Assembly (NCBI GenBank): GCA_012295275.1
Contig: CM022668.1
Span: 3,472,001 to 3,536,000, forward strand
Direction: 5' to 3'
Origin: Chrysomallon squamiferum
Taxonomy: Eukaryota > Animalia > Mollusca
DNA length: 64,000 nucleotides
Shown here: piece after piece, positions 29,201 to 42,391 of the stretch
Numbering within the stretch: position 1 is the stretch's first letter
Layout of the letters: every line of letters begins with the position of its first letter
Position numbers and translations under genes: made by a program
Notes under the pieces: model-generated
Databases searched by the model: none
What the model saw: the letters and a program-made list of their open reading frames with translations, nothing else
Told to the model about the DNA's origin: nothing

Positions 29201-31159
29201 CATTCCAATTTGTTGTTTTAAGTTTCTTTTCTAAACTATAACTCATATCATTATTTAGTAATAGCTAGCAGTTAACAATTATGTAAACTAGTGATATTAA
29301 CAAATGTAACAAGTGGAAGAATATTCCTGATAGGTTAGAATAATATTAGATTAATCTATTACGTCTGTTTTAACTCATGCTAAATTCATTGGGGGGAAAA
29401 AAAAAACTGTTAAAAACAATTTTTTGAAATTTGTCATAACTTGTAATTAGTCTACATTGATGATGAACAGCTCAGTCAGAAAATGAAAACCGAAAATGAT
29501 AAAGATCCATGACAGATATGATTACTGTGGAAACAACTTTCACAGAGCAGAAACCTGATATTGCGTCTCAGTTGTGAGTCACTCAGTGAGCGAAAATAGA
29601 CACATAAAACTCTTCTTTTTCCAAACAAGTTGAATTAATATCTTGATGAACATTAGAGAAATGCCAGAACATATTGCAGCCATTTGTAAAAGTGGAACTA
29701 CACTCTGATTCATTTCTGTAAGGACTGTTTAAAAATAATTATTATATACACACTACTTGTAAAAGATAAATAGATAAGTGAGACAAAAAAAATCCTTCAT
29801 ACCTATATAGATAAGCTTTTCTTAAAATACTTACACAGAGAGTATGCATTTGATCATTTTTTTACTTAACACATTTTGGTTGCTTTGGTATAACAAATTA
29901 AGAAGAAGCAACTGCACCTGGGATGTTTTTATTATTATTATCATTTGATCTTTTCCACATTAACAATTTATTTTATATATGTTAAACCATAACTGTATCA
30001 CTTTATCCATACAACTGCAAAAATTCAGGTTAATATTACTAAAAGTTGAAGATATACCAAACAATATTTTCTTAAGGAAAACTTTTTCATTCATTATAAT
30101 TTTTAAAAGTGTATTTATTTCATTACTGATGTATGTTAGTAACCTAAATACACAAAATAATGATCTGCTGTCACTGCTGAATGTCTCTCAGTACAGAAAT
30201 CCAATAAGTATAAAACACACTGATGCTAAAATTATCAAACTAATTGAAATGTTAATGTATTAGAAAATTGTATGAACGGATGCTAATACAGAGTCATTAG
30301 AAATGTAACAAATTAACAGAAATGTTAATGTACTAGAAAACTGCATGTACAACTTGTAATACACTGATATTAGATACATAAATTAGTATTATAATGTAAG
30401 TGATATTAGTATCAGAAATGTAATATTTATTAGTATCAATATCTGAATTGTACATTAACACTGAAGGATGTGACAGGAAGTACACTAATGGGATTCAAAA
30501 TAATATTTACATCCACAGAGCACAACACAGAGATTTTACGTAAGAGGATTTCATCATCAGTGTGAGCAAGTAAAAAGTTTCCAATTCTTAAACATCTTAA
30601 TTAGAACATGTAGCCAGACAACAGTCAGATACATTGTAGCATGGATGTATAGCTTAATTAAGGAAGAAAAGGTAACAACTAATGCTACAAAATTGACGAT
30701 GACAATAAGATACAGATTTTGCTGTTGCAGAATACATTCTTAATTGTTTACATTTACATTGTTTACTAAGAGAAAAATACTTATTACAAAGAAATATCGT
30801 AAAAGATGTACTGTGTACAATAATAGTCTGTGATGTTAATAACTGTGTTTGTGGACAAAGTTCGTCTTACATCTAAGATTATTCTGTTCTGATGATCACT
30901 TTGAAGTGAGAGGTAGGCCATTATTAAGACTACATCAATTGATTGATATTCCAGTCATGTAGGTGTACCGTGGTGTGTATTGCATAATGAGGTGTTTGGA
31001 ATAAACAGGTTTTAGTATGAAAGTATTGTGTTCTCTGTTCACTGCATAAAACAGAAAGAAAAAAAACAACACAGTTTGAAAAGAAGTTCAGTGTGTGACT
31101 GGAGTTTTCAGTTAGCTGTGTTTTCTATTTCAGGTATGGTTTTTCTGTATCTGCACATG

Positions 31160-31161
<2 letters not shown>

Positions 31162-31232
<71 letters not shown>
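31162..31232. repeat. (CT)n(GT)n microsatellite
   Basis: Direct reading. Confidence 0.95.
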
Positions 31233-31233
<1 letters not shown>

Positions 31234-31831
31234 AATACTTTATAACAAGTGATTTAAACAAAATAATCACACAGCTATGAGTAGGAGTCAGTATTCACAG
31301 ACTGGAATATGTAGCCAAACAACAGGTCTGTTTGTGGAGAGTTGTTTTCTAATACATGTTAGTGATATATAAAAAGTAAAAGCAGTTTGTCAACATAAAG
31401 ATATTCCCCCTGTGTTAAGTTAGTTTTTATATTATTTCTTAAAACATAATGTACCTGAATATGTGTTTGTGTGTGTGTGGGAATGGATTTAGGTGTCATA
31501 CACAAATATAATTATTTTACCATTCATAATCAACAATAATATCTTCAATCTGGTACTTTCACATTATGAAAATATTCCTCAACATACTCAGAAAGTCAGT
31601 AATATATAACCAGGATAAATATAAGCACTATATATAAAGTATTACATTAGAATCATGTGTGCAGGGTGAACACCAACTTTATTCACAGCAGAATGGTAAT
31701 ATGAACTCTGTACAAAGATAAACCAGGGATAAAAAATACTGGGGAAATAAAAATAATAATAATAATTAAAAAAATAAAAAAAATAAAATAAAATAAAATA
31801 AACACAATAAAATTGAAAAAATAATACTTAC

Positions 31832-31967
31832 AGTTTATCTGCAGTGCTTTCTTTGGTTCATACTCATAGCTCCAGCCCACAACACAAGAAGGAAGATCTG
31901 CCAAAAGCAACAGCAGTAAGAAACCCGTCTTCCAGTGTAAATCCACAGAAACTTTTATTAACTCCAT
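31832..31967 (-). CDS. Probable first coding exon of a secreted or membrane protein (signal peptide); gene identity unknown, downstream exons not found in the window
   Basis: Minus strand: T-rich tract plus TGCAG acceptor (exon starts 31977), Kozak-like ACAAACATGG, then 45 open codons MELIKVSVDLHWKTGFLLLLLLADLPSCVVGWSYEYEPKKALQIN with a hydrophobic core and a plausible VVG|W cleavage site. Ends at a consensus GTAAGT donor in phase 1 (31831-31826) and lies next to a CpG island. Confidence 0.75.
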
Positions 31968-32069
31968 GTTTGTAAATCTGCACAATACAGAAATAAACAA
32001 ATAAATATTTATTTCTTAATTTCACCTGGTGTATTTAAAAGGTGTGTTTCTGTGACACTAATATCCAGT

Positions 32070-32500
32070 GAACTGCCTCGCACATTAACCCCCTCGTCTG
32101 TTTCACTCGGCTAAACCACCTCTTGAATACTCCGGTTAGCAGCTGACACATACGCACTCATTATTGAAAAAAGCGAATACGGTTTCCTCGTCTGTTGAAA
32201 ACCGTGGACAAAAACAATGGTAAAAAGTTGAAAATATCTGCCAGTCTTGGGTAACTCCAAACTAATCGTGTTTTCAGGACTGATAGTTAAACAATACTTT
32301 CATAGTTTTTTTTTCTCTCTCTCTCTCTCCTGCCAGGTGCAGTAGTAGTACGGTCGTTCGCTTGCCTTGTGTGTTCGGAAATACTATTACAATTTGATTG
32401 GCCGCTGGCCTAGCTCATGAATATTTATGAAGCTACCGCGTGTTAGAAAAGCCGAAGCTTTATATTCGTCAGTGCGTACATAAAATTGCCAACACCCGTC
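32070..32500 (-). promoter_or_regulatory. CpG-island-like promoter / 5' UTR region of the minus-strand gene
   Basis: About 21 CpG in ~430 bp by manual count, against ~2 per kb in a sampled intron stretch (3181-4200). CCAAT box on the minus strand (plus ATTGG, 32397-32401). Immediately upstream of the signal-peptide exon. Confidence 0.65.
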
Positions 32501-32945
32501 TTGCTGTTATTTAACATTCCATCTTGTATTACTAACAAACTCAGTTAATTAAAAAAAAAGAAGGTTTTAATATTTTTTCCAACATTTTCTTTTAAAAAAG
32601 TGTCTCTCTTTTTTCTTTTTATAATAAATGATTTTTTGTGGCCCATTTGGTGCCTCCCTGAATTATAAATGTTGATATTGTACAGTCCAGCGAGGAGATA
32701 AAAGGGTTTTGACCAATGCAGTGGACTGGTGTCACAGTGGGACAGATCAAATAGTGGCCGGGGTACACAGGTATTCTAGAGTGCACCTGACAGGAACAAT
32801 GGCTGTATACAGTGGCATGGGAAAGTTTGCATTTAGTATTTACCTGGCTCCACAGGTGGCTAAATCTCAGCTTACAGAACTGAAGCACACCTGAGTTATT
32901 TTATTTTATTTACTTATTTATTTACTTCTTTTTTAGGAAAAATGT

Positions 32946-32988
<43 letters not shown>

Positions 32989-35900
32989 GCTGCTGTAGTA
33001 GTAGTAGTATTTTTATTATTTATTCCTTTTTAACATTATTTCAATGTTTTTTTTGCAATCAAAACAAATCAGTTCAATAAATAAAATGATTAATATTTAA
33101 CATAAATAATAAGCAGTAATCTATTGTTCATAATATATTTATTATATTGTTTATTCACCACATTCTGTCATTTTATTATTTAAATTATTTGTATTTAAAA
33201 AGTTAATTATTATTAAACATCTCCATTTCAATGTTATTATAATAACAATTACATTATTATTTTAAAATGGAATGGAATTAAAATAAATAATTTCATTCAA
33301 CTTCAAATGCAGTCATATTTTGTTGTAACTACTGTTGTGTAACAACTGTTACGGACACTACAAACAAAGACACTGATTGGATGAAATCATTTTAGATTGA
33401 CTGCAGAATGCAGACAATATTAATTTTAATCACAAATGGTTACCTTGACATTTGAAAAACTGAAGTGACACAAATTATTATTGTCACTGTTTCGTGTGTT
33501 TGTACACTCAAAAGTAATGACACTTTTTATTATTAATGTCGTTAAATATTGTAACAACATTAATATTGTTCTTTTTTGATTAACTATGTGCATTTTAATT
33601 CAGTTGTGAATAATCTGAATACTGAAACAAATAATATTTGTATGATTTACAGAATAACAATAAACAACAAATATGAATATTAACAAGAAGAAAAGAGATT
33701 TTAATGTTAATTTATAACTATTTGGTTATTTTTGTACATCTGAGAGGAAACCTGCTACTGGGCTACTCTTGTTGATTAACTCTAAGAATTTAGGTTTTGG
33801 TGCCCTATGTTTTGACTGCACTGTAGTTCAAGTGATGCACTGAGGAATATTTGTGTTGAATCAGTTTCAGTAATGTTTGTTTTAAATCAAGTATTAGCTC
33901 ATAAATATTAAATAAAAAGAAATTTGCAAATAACAAGAAGACAACTTTAACCTTTACTAGCACAGGACATCACTTACCAAGGTTTTTAAATCTGATAAAA
34001 TAAAATATTACACACTGGACTCTGAGTCTGAAACTGCTGAAACCTACCACAACTTTTTTGTTAGCTAACATAAACAGATAAAAAAAAAAAAAAAAGAAAT
34101 GAAATTATTTTTTTTTACGACATGAAGTAGACTTATGTGCACTTCATCACATCACTCTGTTACCTGTCAGATATCTTTTCTATGTTTTAAAAACTCACCT
34201 GCCAAAACAAGTGACTGACAGCACGTTGTGCAGGTAATCAGACTACAGGTGCATGTCACCTGTTTATTTTAAACTATCACTTTACACTCAGTTAATAACA
34301 ATAACTACATCTTAATTAAGTATCTGAGACATCTAACAGTTAGGCCTAAATATTAGGAACATACAATCATAGATTAGATAACTTGAACACAAATTAAATT
34401 AGAAGTAGATTTTAAAAAATAATTTATAAACAAAAGAAAGTTTACAACTCTTCAATTAACTCAAAGCTTAACCAACGCATCAAAAATTTGAAAAAAGAAA
34501 ATAAAGAATTATACTCTTTTAAAACAAATATAAAGATATAAAAATATATGTAAGAAAATGTGTATGCATACCGATAGTTAACCTACATAACTATCGTTTT
34601 TGATACTTGATGAAAATAAGTAAGTATACTGTTCCAATAACACAGTTAAATGTATTGTAACTTAAAACATAAAAACACACAATTTAACAATAATAATATC
34701 AGTTTGTAAACACTGATCATTGTTTAAGTAGGTGAGAACATAATTTATTGGGAATGCAAATCATACATGTCCTTTCAACTTTTTGTTGTGCATAAATTTG
34801 GGAAAATAAGCATTTATTTATTATAATTTTTGCTCTTGTTGTTAATAATAATCTTATCTGTATTTCAAATTAAATTAAAGTGTGAGTAATTTTAGTAGAT
34901 AAATATATTAGACAATAGAATAATAATTAGTATGTGTGTTGTGTGGAATGTACACATACGTGTAGATGGTCATGTACTATGCACACCAGTGATAACCTGA
35001 TCACATCTACATGTTGTGAAAGGTAAGTGTGTATGACTCACTGACATTAATCTTTATCAGATACATTTCTCTCTGACCCGAGGCTCTCTTGATCCAGCAC
35101 ATCGAATCACACTGCACTTGTGCAAGTGAGTTAAGAGGCTCAATACACAAATCAGTGCTAACATGCAAGGTTATCGTGTTTTAGTGAGGAAGTCATTTGT
35201 CTCTGTCTTGCATACCTGCTCTACTTGCCTCACTTTGTTTGAACTTGTTGCATACCTAGCTGCACACCTGAGAACTTAATGCAAACTGAACATGTATTTA
35301 CCTGAAGTTTTGCAGTGGATTCTATTTTTAACTGCACTTAATTGAGAAATAAGTTATTTCCATAGCTAATAATAATATTCAGATTAAATTTTGAACACAG
35401 AAACATTTATTAGCATTTGTCACTTGCATCTTTATGTAGCAAAGCATTTCAGGTAAATCTTGCAAGTGTGTACCTGTGAAACATAACCTGTAACAACAAA
35501 TGAATGTTTGAATAAAGAGACACAACTCAATAAAAATTAGAAAAGTAAACAAATATACACACCTTATCAAAATCCTACATGAAAATGATGCAAATAAAAC
35601 ACAAAGGTGAAAAAACAAAAGTTTCTGTATCCAAAGCTGATAGTAAAACTTTGTAGTAAAATACATGTGTCACGACAACAGAGAACCAGCCAATGAGAAG
35701 AGGCCTACTGTGACAATGGTAGACTGAGATTGGCTGAGAGCAAGGTAAACAAAGCAAACTTGATGAGGTAGCGTCTTTCCAACATGACACAACTGGTGCA
35801 GTGGACTCAGCTGTAGTCTCTGTCGCAGGGTTTGTGCTTCAGTTCATTTTATATTACAGTTGTTAATAGTCATGAATTCAACTGTATAAACACTGAAGCA

Positions 35901-36127
35901 AGCTTGCTCGCTCTCTCGCTCTCTCTCTCTCTGTGTGTGTGTGCCTATATCTGACAAATTACACTTACAATTTTTATTAAAAGGTAAAACATGAAGGAAT
36001 GTGTTTATTAATGACAGAGATAAAACTGAATTTTGTACTAAACATTATACATAGTTCATATTATTTAAACCAGTGGTATATTACTATACATACTTCTGCT
36101 TATGTCAAAATCCATGTTAAAATGAAG

Positions 36128-36165
<38 letters not shown>

Positions 36166-36529
36166 TATATGACCTGACTATATGACATTATTCTGAAACT
36201 TAAACAATGTTATATTATGTTTAATATGGACTATGTTATATTGGAATTTAAAATAATATAATATTGTATCTCTGATTTTGGCTGATTTTCACTTTGATCA
36301 GTGAGCCTATTGTGGAGTTTTAACAAATGTGTTTTGTGTTAAAACCAAAACATTGTCACAACTGTCATCTCATTATGAAACTTTAGATCCTGATTAGAGT
36401 CTCAATTGTTAACAATTGATGCCAGATATAACAATGTTATTCAAATACATACAGAGTAAGATCATAATATATACCAAAGATAGGAGTTAAAACTGACATC
36501 CAGACTTAAAGTTTTTACCTTGAAGTGAC

Positions 36530-36720
36530 TAAAATGTTTAAGTCTGTAATACATCAGATGTATGTTTTTGTGTTTTATAATGTTGAGCCTGTAATATCTC
36601 AGATGCATGTGTTTTTGTGTTTTACAGTGCCAAAGTCTGTAACACATCAGATGTATGTGTTTTAGTGTAAAAGGTGTCATATATCACATATAATTTATGT
36701 GTTTGTGTGTATTATAATGT
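36530..36720. repeat. Decayed ~46-48 bp minisatellite, ~4 copies
   Basis: Recurrent CTGTAA.ACATCAGATG.ATGT.TTTTGTGTTTTA blocks. Confidence 0.7.
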
Positions 36721-36734
36721 TTTCACATCACTGA

Positions 36735-36925
36735 TTTCTGTTATAGTTTAACGGCAGCATATTTTATATGCATCTATGTGTCTACTTGTCCATCTGTCTG
36801 TCTGATGTGTGAATGTCTTGTATTTGATAAATTTGGTTATTCAATGAGTTGGAATGAGAAATAGTCTCATCTGTCCACTGAAGAGGATTGATCATAATAA
36901 TACAGACTAGCACTTGAACTGTTCC
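36735..36925 (-). mobile_element. Decayed SINE-like repeat copy
   Basis: GCAGC...TTTTATATGCA followed by TGGAATGAGAAATAG...GTCCACTGAAGAGGATTGATC; matches TGGAACGAGAAA at 42062. Confidence 0.45.
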
Positions 36926-39900
36926 AATATTTTCAAAAGTTTGTTTTGTGTAGAGTCATGTTATAGTCCACTGATTGGTACTGTATTATGAATTATTTTT
37001 TAATTATTTGATATAATAGTAGACTTAGAGAAAAACTTTCTATTAACAAAAACAAAATAGACAACAGAGATAAAAAAATAAAATAAAAAATTATTTTGAT
37101 AAATATCTTTATAATTTCACATTCTTCAGTTCAGTAAAGTGTTCATATCTTAACAAAATATAAATAAAAATAACATTTTACCACACTTATATTCTATCAC
37201 TTTTATTAACTTAAGTCTAGCAAGGTGTATTATAAATGACAAGGTGAAGTCTAGCATTGCCTACAGAGGAAAAAAGAAAAGAAGACTTGTTGACTTTTTA
37301 TGGAGTCAAGGTGAACAGGAAAGTAGGACAAAATTCAAACTGTCCTTAGGATCTTTTAACAAGTCATCAGACCTGAGAGTTGTATAACAGTGAAAATTAC
37401 AGCAAGGAAAAAAAAAGAAATTGATAGATTGTCACCAGATCTTGTGAAACCAAACATAGTATTATAAATAAAACACTGATGAACACAAAACAGATATATT
37501 TTTGGATTTTCTGTTATTTGTTTTAACCTTAAAATTTATTATGTGCATTTTAAATAAAACAAAACAATAAAATGAAGTCTGCATTAAGAAAGTGAAAACT
37601 GTGTAAAGAGACAAAGTACTAATGTATTACTTGACGTGGAACAACTGTGAAACTAATTGTTGTATGATCTAACCCTGATACAGAGAAATATTCCTTCAGA
37701 GATGTAATCAAGGGATGGCACTCTGGATATGGTGCAATGAAGACCTACAAATATCAGCTTTTCTGTCATTTCACACTCATTTCAGTGTAGTTACAATGTA
37801 ATAACATATTGGTGAGCAAATAAATGACATCTGACAGAAATAAAATAGCCCATTTATATTTCCATGTTTAATATATTTTGTTGCTGCATTCACACTTTAT
37901 CATTAGCTAAGTTGTCTCTGACCTGTGTGCTTTTCTTTATTTGCATGAACAACCCATACAATTAGAAATTTTTATCTTAGTTTTACCACATATGTTTCTT
38001 TCATTTATCAGGTTAACTTTATAACTTTTTGGTGTTGTTGTTGTTGTTCTTTTAACCTCATAATGAGTCATTAGAAAAATAATGAGAATATAAAACCAAG
38101 AATGAAGGTGAAGTTGGCAAAAAGTGAATATTAAAGAAATAGAAATACATGAAAGGACACAGTAAGAAGAAAGCAGAGTTGTAAACAAAGTTTTAGTACT
38201 TAAGACAGGGTAAAAGGTGTTACACAGGTGTGATATCACCAAACCTGTAATGGAATTAGCACAGGTAGAAATCAAAGGCTGAGGTAATTATTAATGCAGT
38301 GATTACCTGTGTGGGCAGGAAAGCAGCTGCACCACATGCAGCTCACAGTTAAAACTTCTCTCCTACTTTTGTTCTTTTCAAACCTGAGTATTTCTGTGAT
38401 TAGCACTGATTAGTAACATGTTACAGTACTGAGCTGTGTTTGTTCTGACTCTGTGTGTCTTAACAAGTATGATATTTCTCTGATTTTAAACCAACCAAAA
38501 TGTGGTCTGCGTGAGGGTCCTTAAACTTAGTCCGTGTCAGTCTCTGTGCTAAATTTACAAACTAAAGGCGCTGCAGTGTAAACAGTATAATATAATTATT
38601 TACAATACAACAAACGTAACACCATCTTCTCATCAGTTACCTCAAATAATGTACTTTTTATTATCACATCACACAGCACAAAATAAATTATATTTTAATA
38701 GCACTTAATAATTTATGTTTAGACTTGAATGTTTGAAGTAGTGATAGCTATGTGTTTATTCATCTATTACTTTTCAATATTTTACACTTCATTATTATAA
38801 AAGATTGAAAATTAAAAATTTCCTTATAAATCTGATATTTATTTCCTCTTGCTGTTTCCCAAACCATCATTATAAAACATATGTTTAATACCCATATAAT
38901 GTTCGAATAAAAGGAGAAATGTTTGTTTTTTTAATAACTTTAATGATATTTCAAAAATGTCATTATATCACCCAGATACATGAAATGGATACTTGTTGGT
39001 GCAAGTTTGGGCCCAGATCTAATTGAAATGGTATAAAATTATGACCTAACTTCTCTTCTAACCCTACCATACTAACACTGCTGTGAACAGACAACTCAGG
39101 ATGTTGGAGTGAATGTTCACTGGTTGGAAGCACATTACAAAATCACTGACTGATTAACTGAGGAAACTGTTGGTCACTCAGAACTCACTGATGCGGTCAG
39201 TTACAAGTGACCTCTGTTTCCTGCTAATCTTATTAATTATTGTCACACGTGATAAAAGAGTAATAACCATTCTGCAGTTTCTCCATGGCAGGAACTGGGA
39301 GCTTCCTCATTAATACACATTTTTGGGGCACACTGTGGGTTAAAAAATGTATTGTGGGGGGAGCCTTACTTATTTATATTATTATGTAGCCTTGATATAA
39401 AAAATGTATATAAAAAATGTAAATAGCCTAAGGGTCCTGTGACAAGAATTGAGCTGCAGTAACTCAATCTGTAGAAGTGTTTAATCTCTTCACATCATGT
39501 TGTACACAGAACTTTCTAGCTAAAGCACTGGCCCATACCCAGCATACTTGGACAATTCTATAGACAAGTAAAAACAAAATTACACATATAGTTCTAAACT
39601 GATAACTTTCCACTGTGAAATATATTTTTGTAATCTCTTGCTGATATTTACCTGCAGAATGATGTTGACAGAAATAAATGAGCTCTACAAAGTCATTTGG
39701 TAAACATTATTAAACAAACACTTACAGGACAAGTGTGTGTGTTTTTGCCTGTATGGACAGGCAAACTTGGAATGGATTTAAGACATACTGGTATTTCAGA
39801 GCTGGCTGGTTGATGCCACCCATTTTGATCTGAAAGTGCTGTCTACATATGGCAATTCTGTCAGTGACAAGTCTTGAATTAAATCATTATTTTATTACAT

Positions 39901-41651
39901 TCATAGCTATGAAGCTGTATGTGAGTCTCCATTAGAGATGATTATGGAAACTGACTGAAGATTATCATAGATGGTTTGGGAAAATACTAAACCATTATCC
40001 TTAGATGCTTTTAGTGAAAACAATTTATCATGTTTAGATATTTTAAGAAAACATTTTGACACCAGTTTAAAATGGCTTGGAAAAACAAAACACATCACAA
40101 GGTATTTTATGACAACACTGAAACACTTTTTTTAGATGTTTTATTAAAAAAAGTTCACATCATCTTAAAATGATTTATGAAAACAATACAAAACAATGTT
40201 AGCCAGTTTGTAAAAGGATTATTCTTATCTTTGTCTGATAGTTCAATTAGAAAAGAGACTCCCTGCAGCTTTTATCCTATTCCAGACCACAGAACAACCC
40301 CAGGGCATTGCATAACACACTGACGATACTGTCTGCAGCAGCAAAAACATTTCACAGTTCAGACAATTTAATTTAAAGTTATATGAAAACAATGGGATGT
40401 AAGGAGAATTCAGATAACAGATTAATTAGCATACGTCCTCAACATTTTTGACAAAAATAACAATTAAACCCAACAAAGAGAAACATATGCTTAAAGTGTG
40501 TTAAAGAAAAACTGGATTTCATGTCAAGATTAACAGGAATGAATAACAAAAACATCCAAAAAGCTGTTCTAAAGATGATTTTTTGTGTGATTTGTTTTTA
40601 ACAAGGCCAAACCATGATTATATGGTCTGCAAAACACATTGGTACTGTTTGAAAGATACTGTATAGGGATTTAGTAATGTAATGTAATATTATGTCAGAT
40701 TAAACATCTCAGATCATCATAATGTTCACACTGCTACTGATACCTTCATTTTGTTAATGTAATACACCTAAGTTAGTGTTCAGCTGAAAAGTGGTATGCC
40801 AGTCCAAAACCATGATGATAATCTACGATCCTAATTCTAAACTGATACTTACTCTCAGTCTCAGCCTCATACACTGTCTATTATGCGGTCTAAAACATCG
40901 AATATATATTTTATAAATCTTGTTATATATCTAATTTAAACATAAATAAATAAACAGCCTGAATTATATGATACTGCAGTTTTAATGGAATGACGAACCT
41001 TGCTATAAAGTTTTCCAAGAAACTGGACAACTTCCTCTATACGGCCTAAACTATTGACTACCTAATTCGATGCGAAGGATCGCATGCAGCATTTTGGTAA
41101 ACTGAATCAAATTTTACTGTATAGAAGTCGAAATTTAGTTATTAGCTTTATAATATTTATTTTAATGAATGCACTGAATTACAACATGATTTAAACTTTT
41201 AAATATGATATAACAATATAATTATTATTTTAGCTAAGCAAGCGTACTTACTATTTTCAAATAACTATTATCTTCACCCCAGCTTATACATCAAAGCTGT
41301 CGCCTGTTTTATGTTGTTTTTTTTAAAACAAAAGAGTTCTCTCCACTTATAAAAACACTTGCATTGACTGGTGTTGGGAGTCGTTCTGGGTACAGAGTAA
41401 TTAGCAGGAAAGATCCACAAGGAGAAGGTGTCGGAATTATGGCAATCAGCAATGCCATAATTATTATCACAAGAAATGATGTAATATTTAAATACGTCAC
41501 GGGTGATTTTACACGCTTCGTGTTACATTTAAATGTCTCGACTAAACAAACAAAAGCGTGTAAAGAAGCGTTAGAGAAACAGTATGAAACTTTAAGTAAA
41601 CACGTGTCTGATGACAATCATTTATGATAATTATGTAGTGTCTGCCTGCAG

Positions 41652-41653
<2 letters not shown>

Positions 41654-41714
<61 letters not shown>
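41654..41714. repeat. (CT)n microsatellite
   Basis: Direct reading. Confidence 0.95.
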
Positions 41715-41716
<2 letters not shown>

Positions 41717-41971
41717 TTGCCTCTCCTTTTGTCAAAGAAGAAGAAAAAAAAGTATTAGGGAAACTTCCAAATACGGTTCTTCTATAACTTCTAATTGTTA
41801 AAAAGATCTTTATTGTCTTAGAGATCTAAATAACTTCTATTCTTTCTGTGCTTTAACTTCTAAAATCTCATGTAGAATATTCACTGTTCTTCCAAATACT
41901 GATAAACCAGCTAGTGGAATGAACGATAAACTGTTAATTTAAGTATAAACTGTTCATGTTTCTTTACACAT

Positions 41972-42080
41972 GGGTTACATTGGATCAGCTGGCAACAAGG
42001 AATTTTTGTATGTATATATACCTTCCCACAAAGTTGAAAGGACCAATCGTACAGCATTGACTGGAACGAGAAAGAGATTA
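41972..42080 (-). mobile_element. Decayed SINE-like repeat copy
   Basis: GGCAACAAGGAATTTTTGTATG...TTCCCACA...CTGGAACGAGAAA, same block order as the copies at 14.5, 36.8 and 55.2 kb. Confidence 0.45.
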
Positions 42081-42300
42081 ATAGGAACGTATGGAGGACT
42101 GAAGCTCCTACCATTTATGCAATTTACCAGGACGAACTAGCTGAAATAAATCAGATTACGTCCAAGCACAATAAATTGGCGCTTGGCAGAATTAAATTGA
42201 TAAAAGGACAGATCTAACTTATTTTGTACAGGGAAGAGTCTGCCGAAAATTTTGAGATTTATCGTTTAAAACATTTACGCTAAGTCGACGCTATTTAATT

Positions 42301-42332
42301 TTCTTTCTTTCTTTCTTTCTTTTCTTTTCTTT

Positions 42333-42391
<59 letters not shown>
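42301..42391. repeat. (CTTT)n microsatellite
   Basis: Direct reading. Confidence 0.95.
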
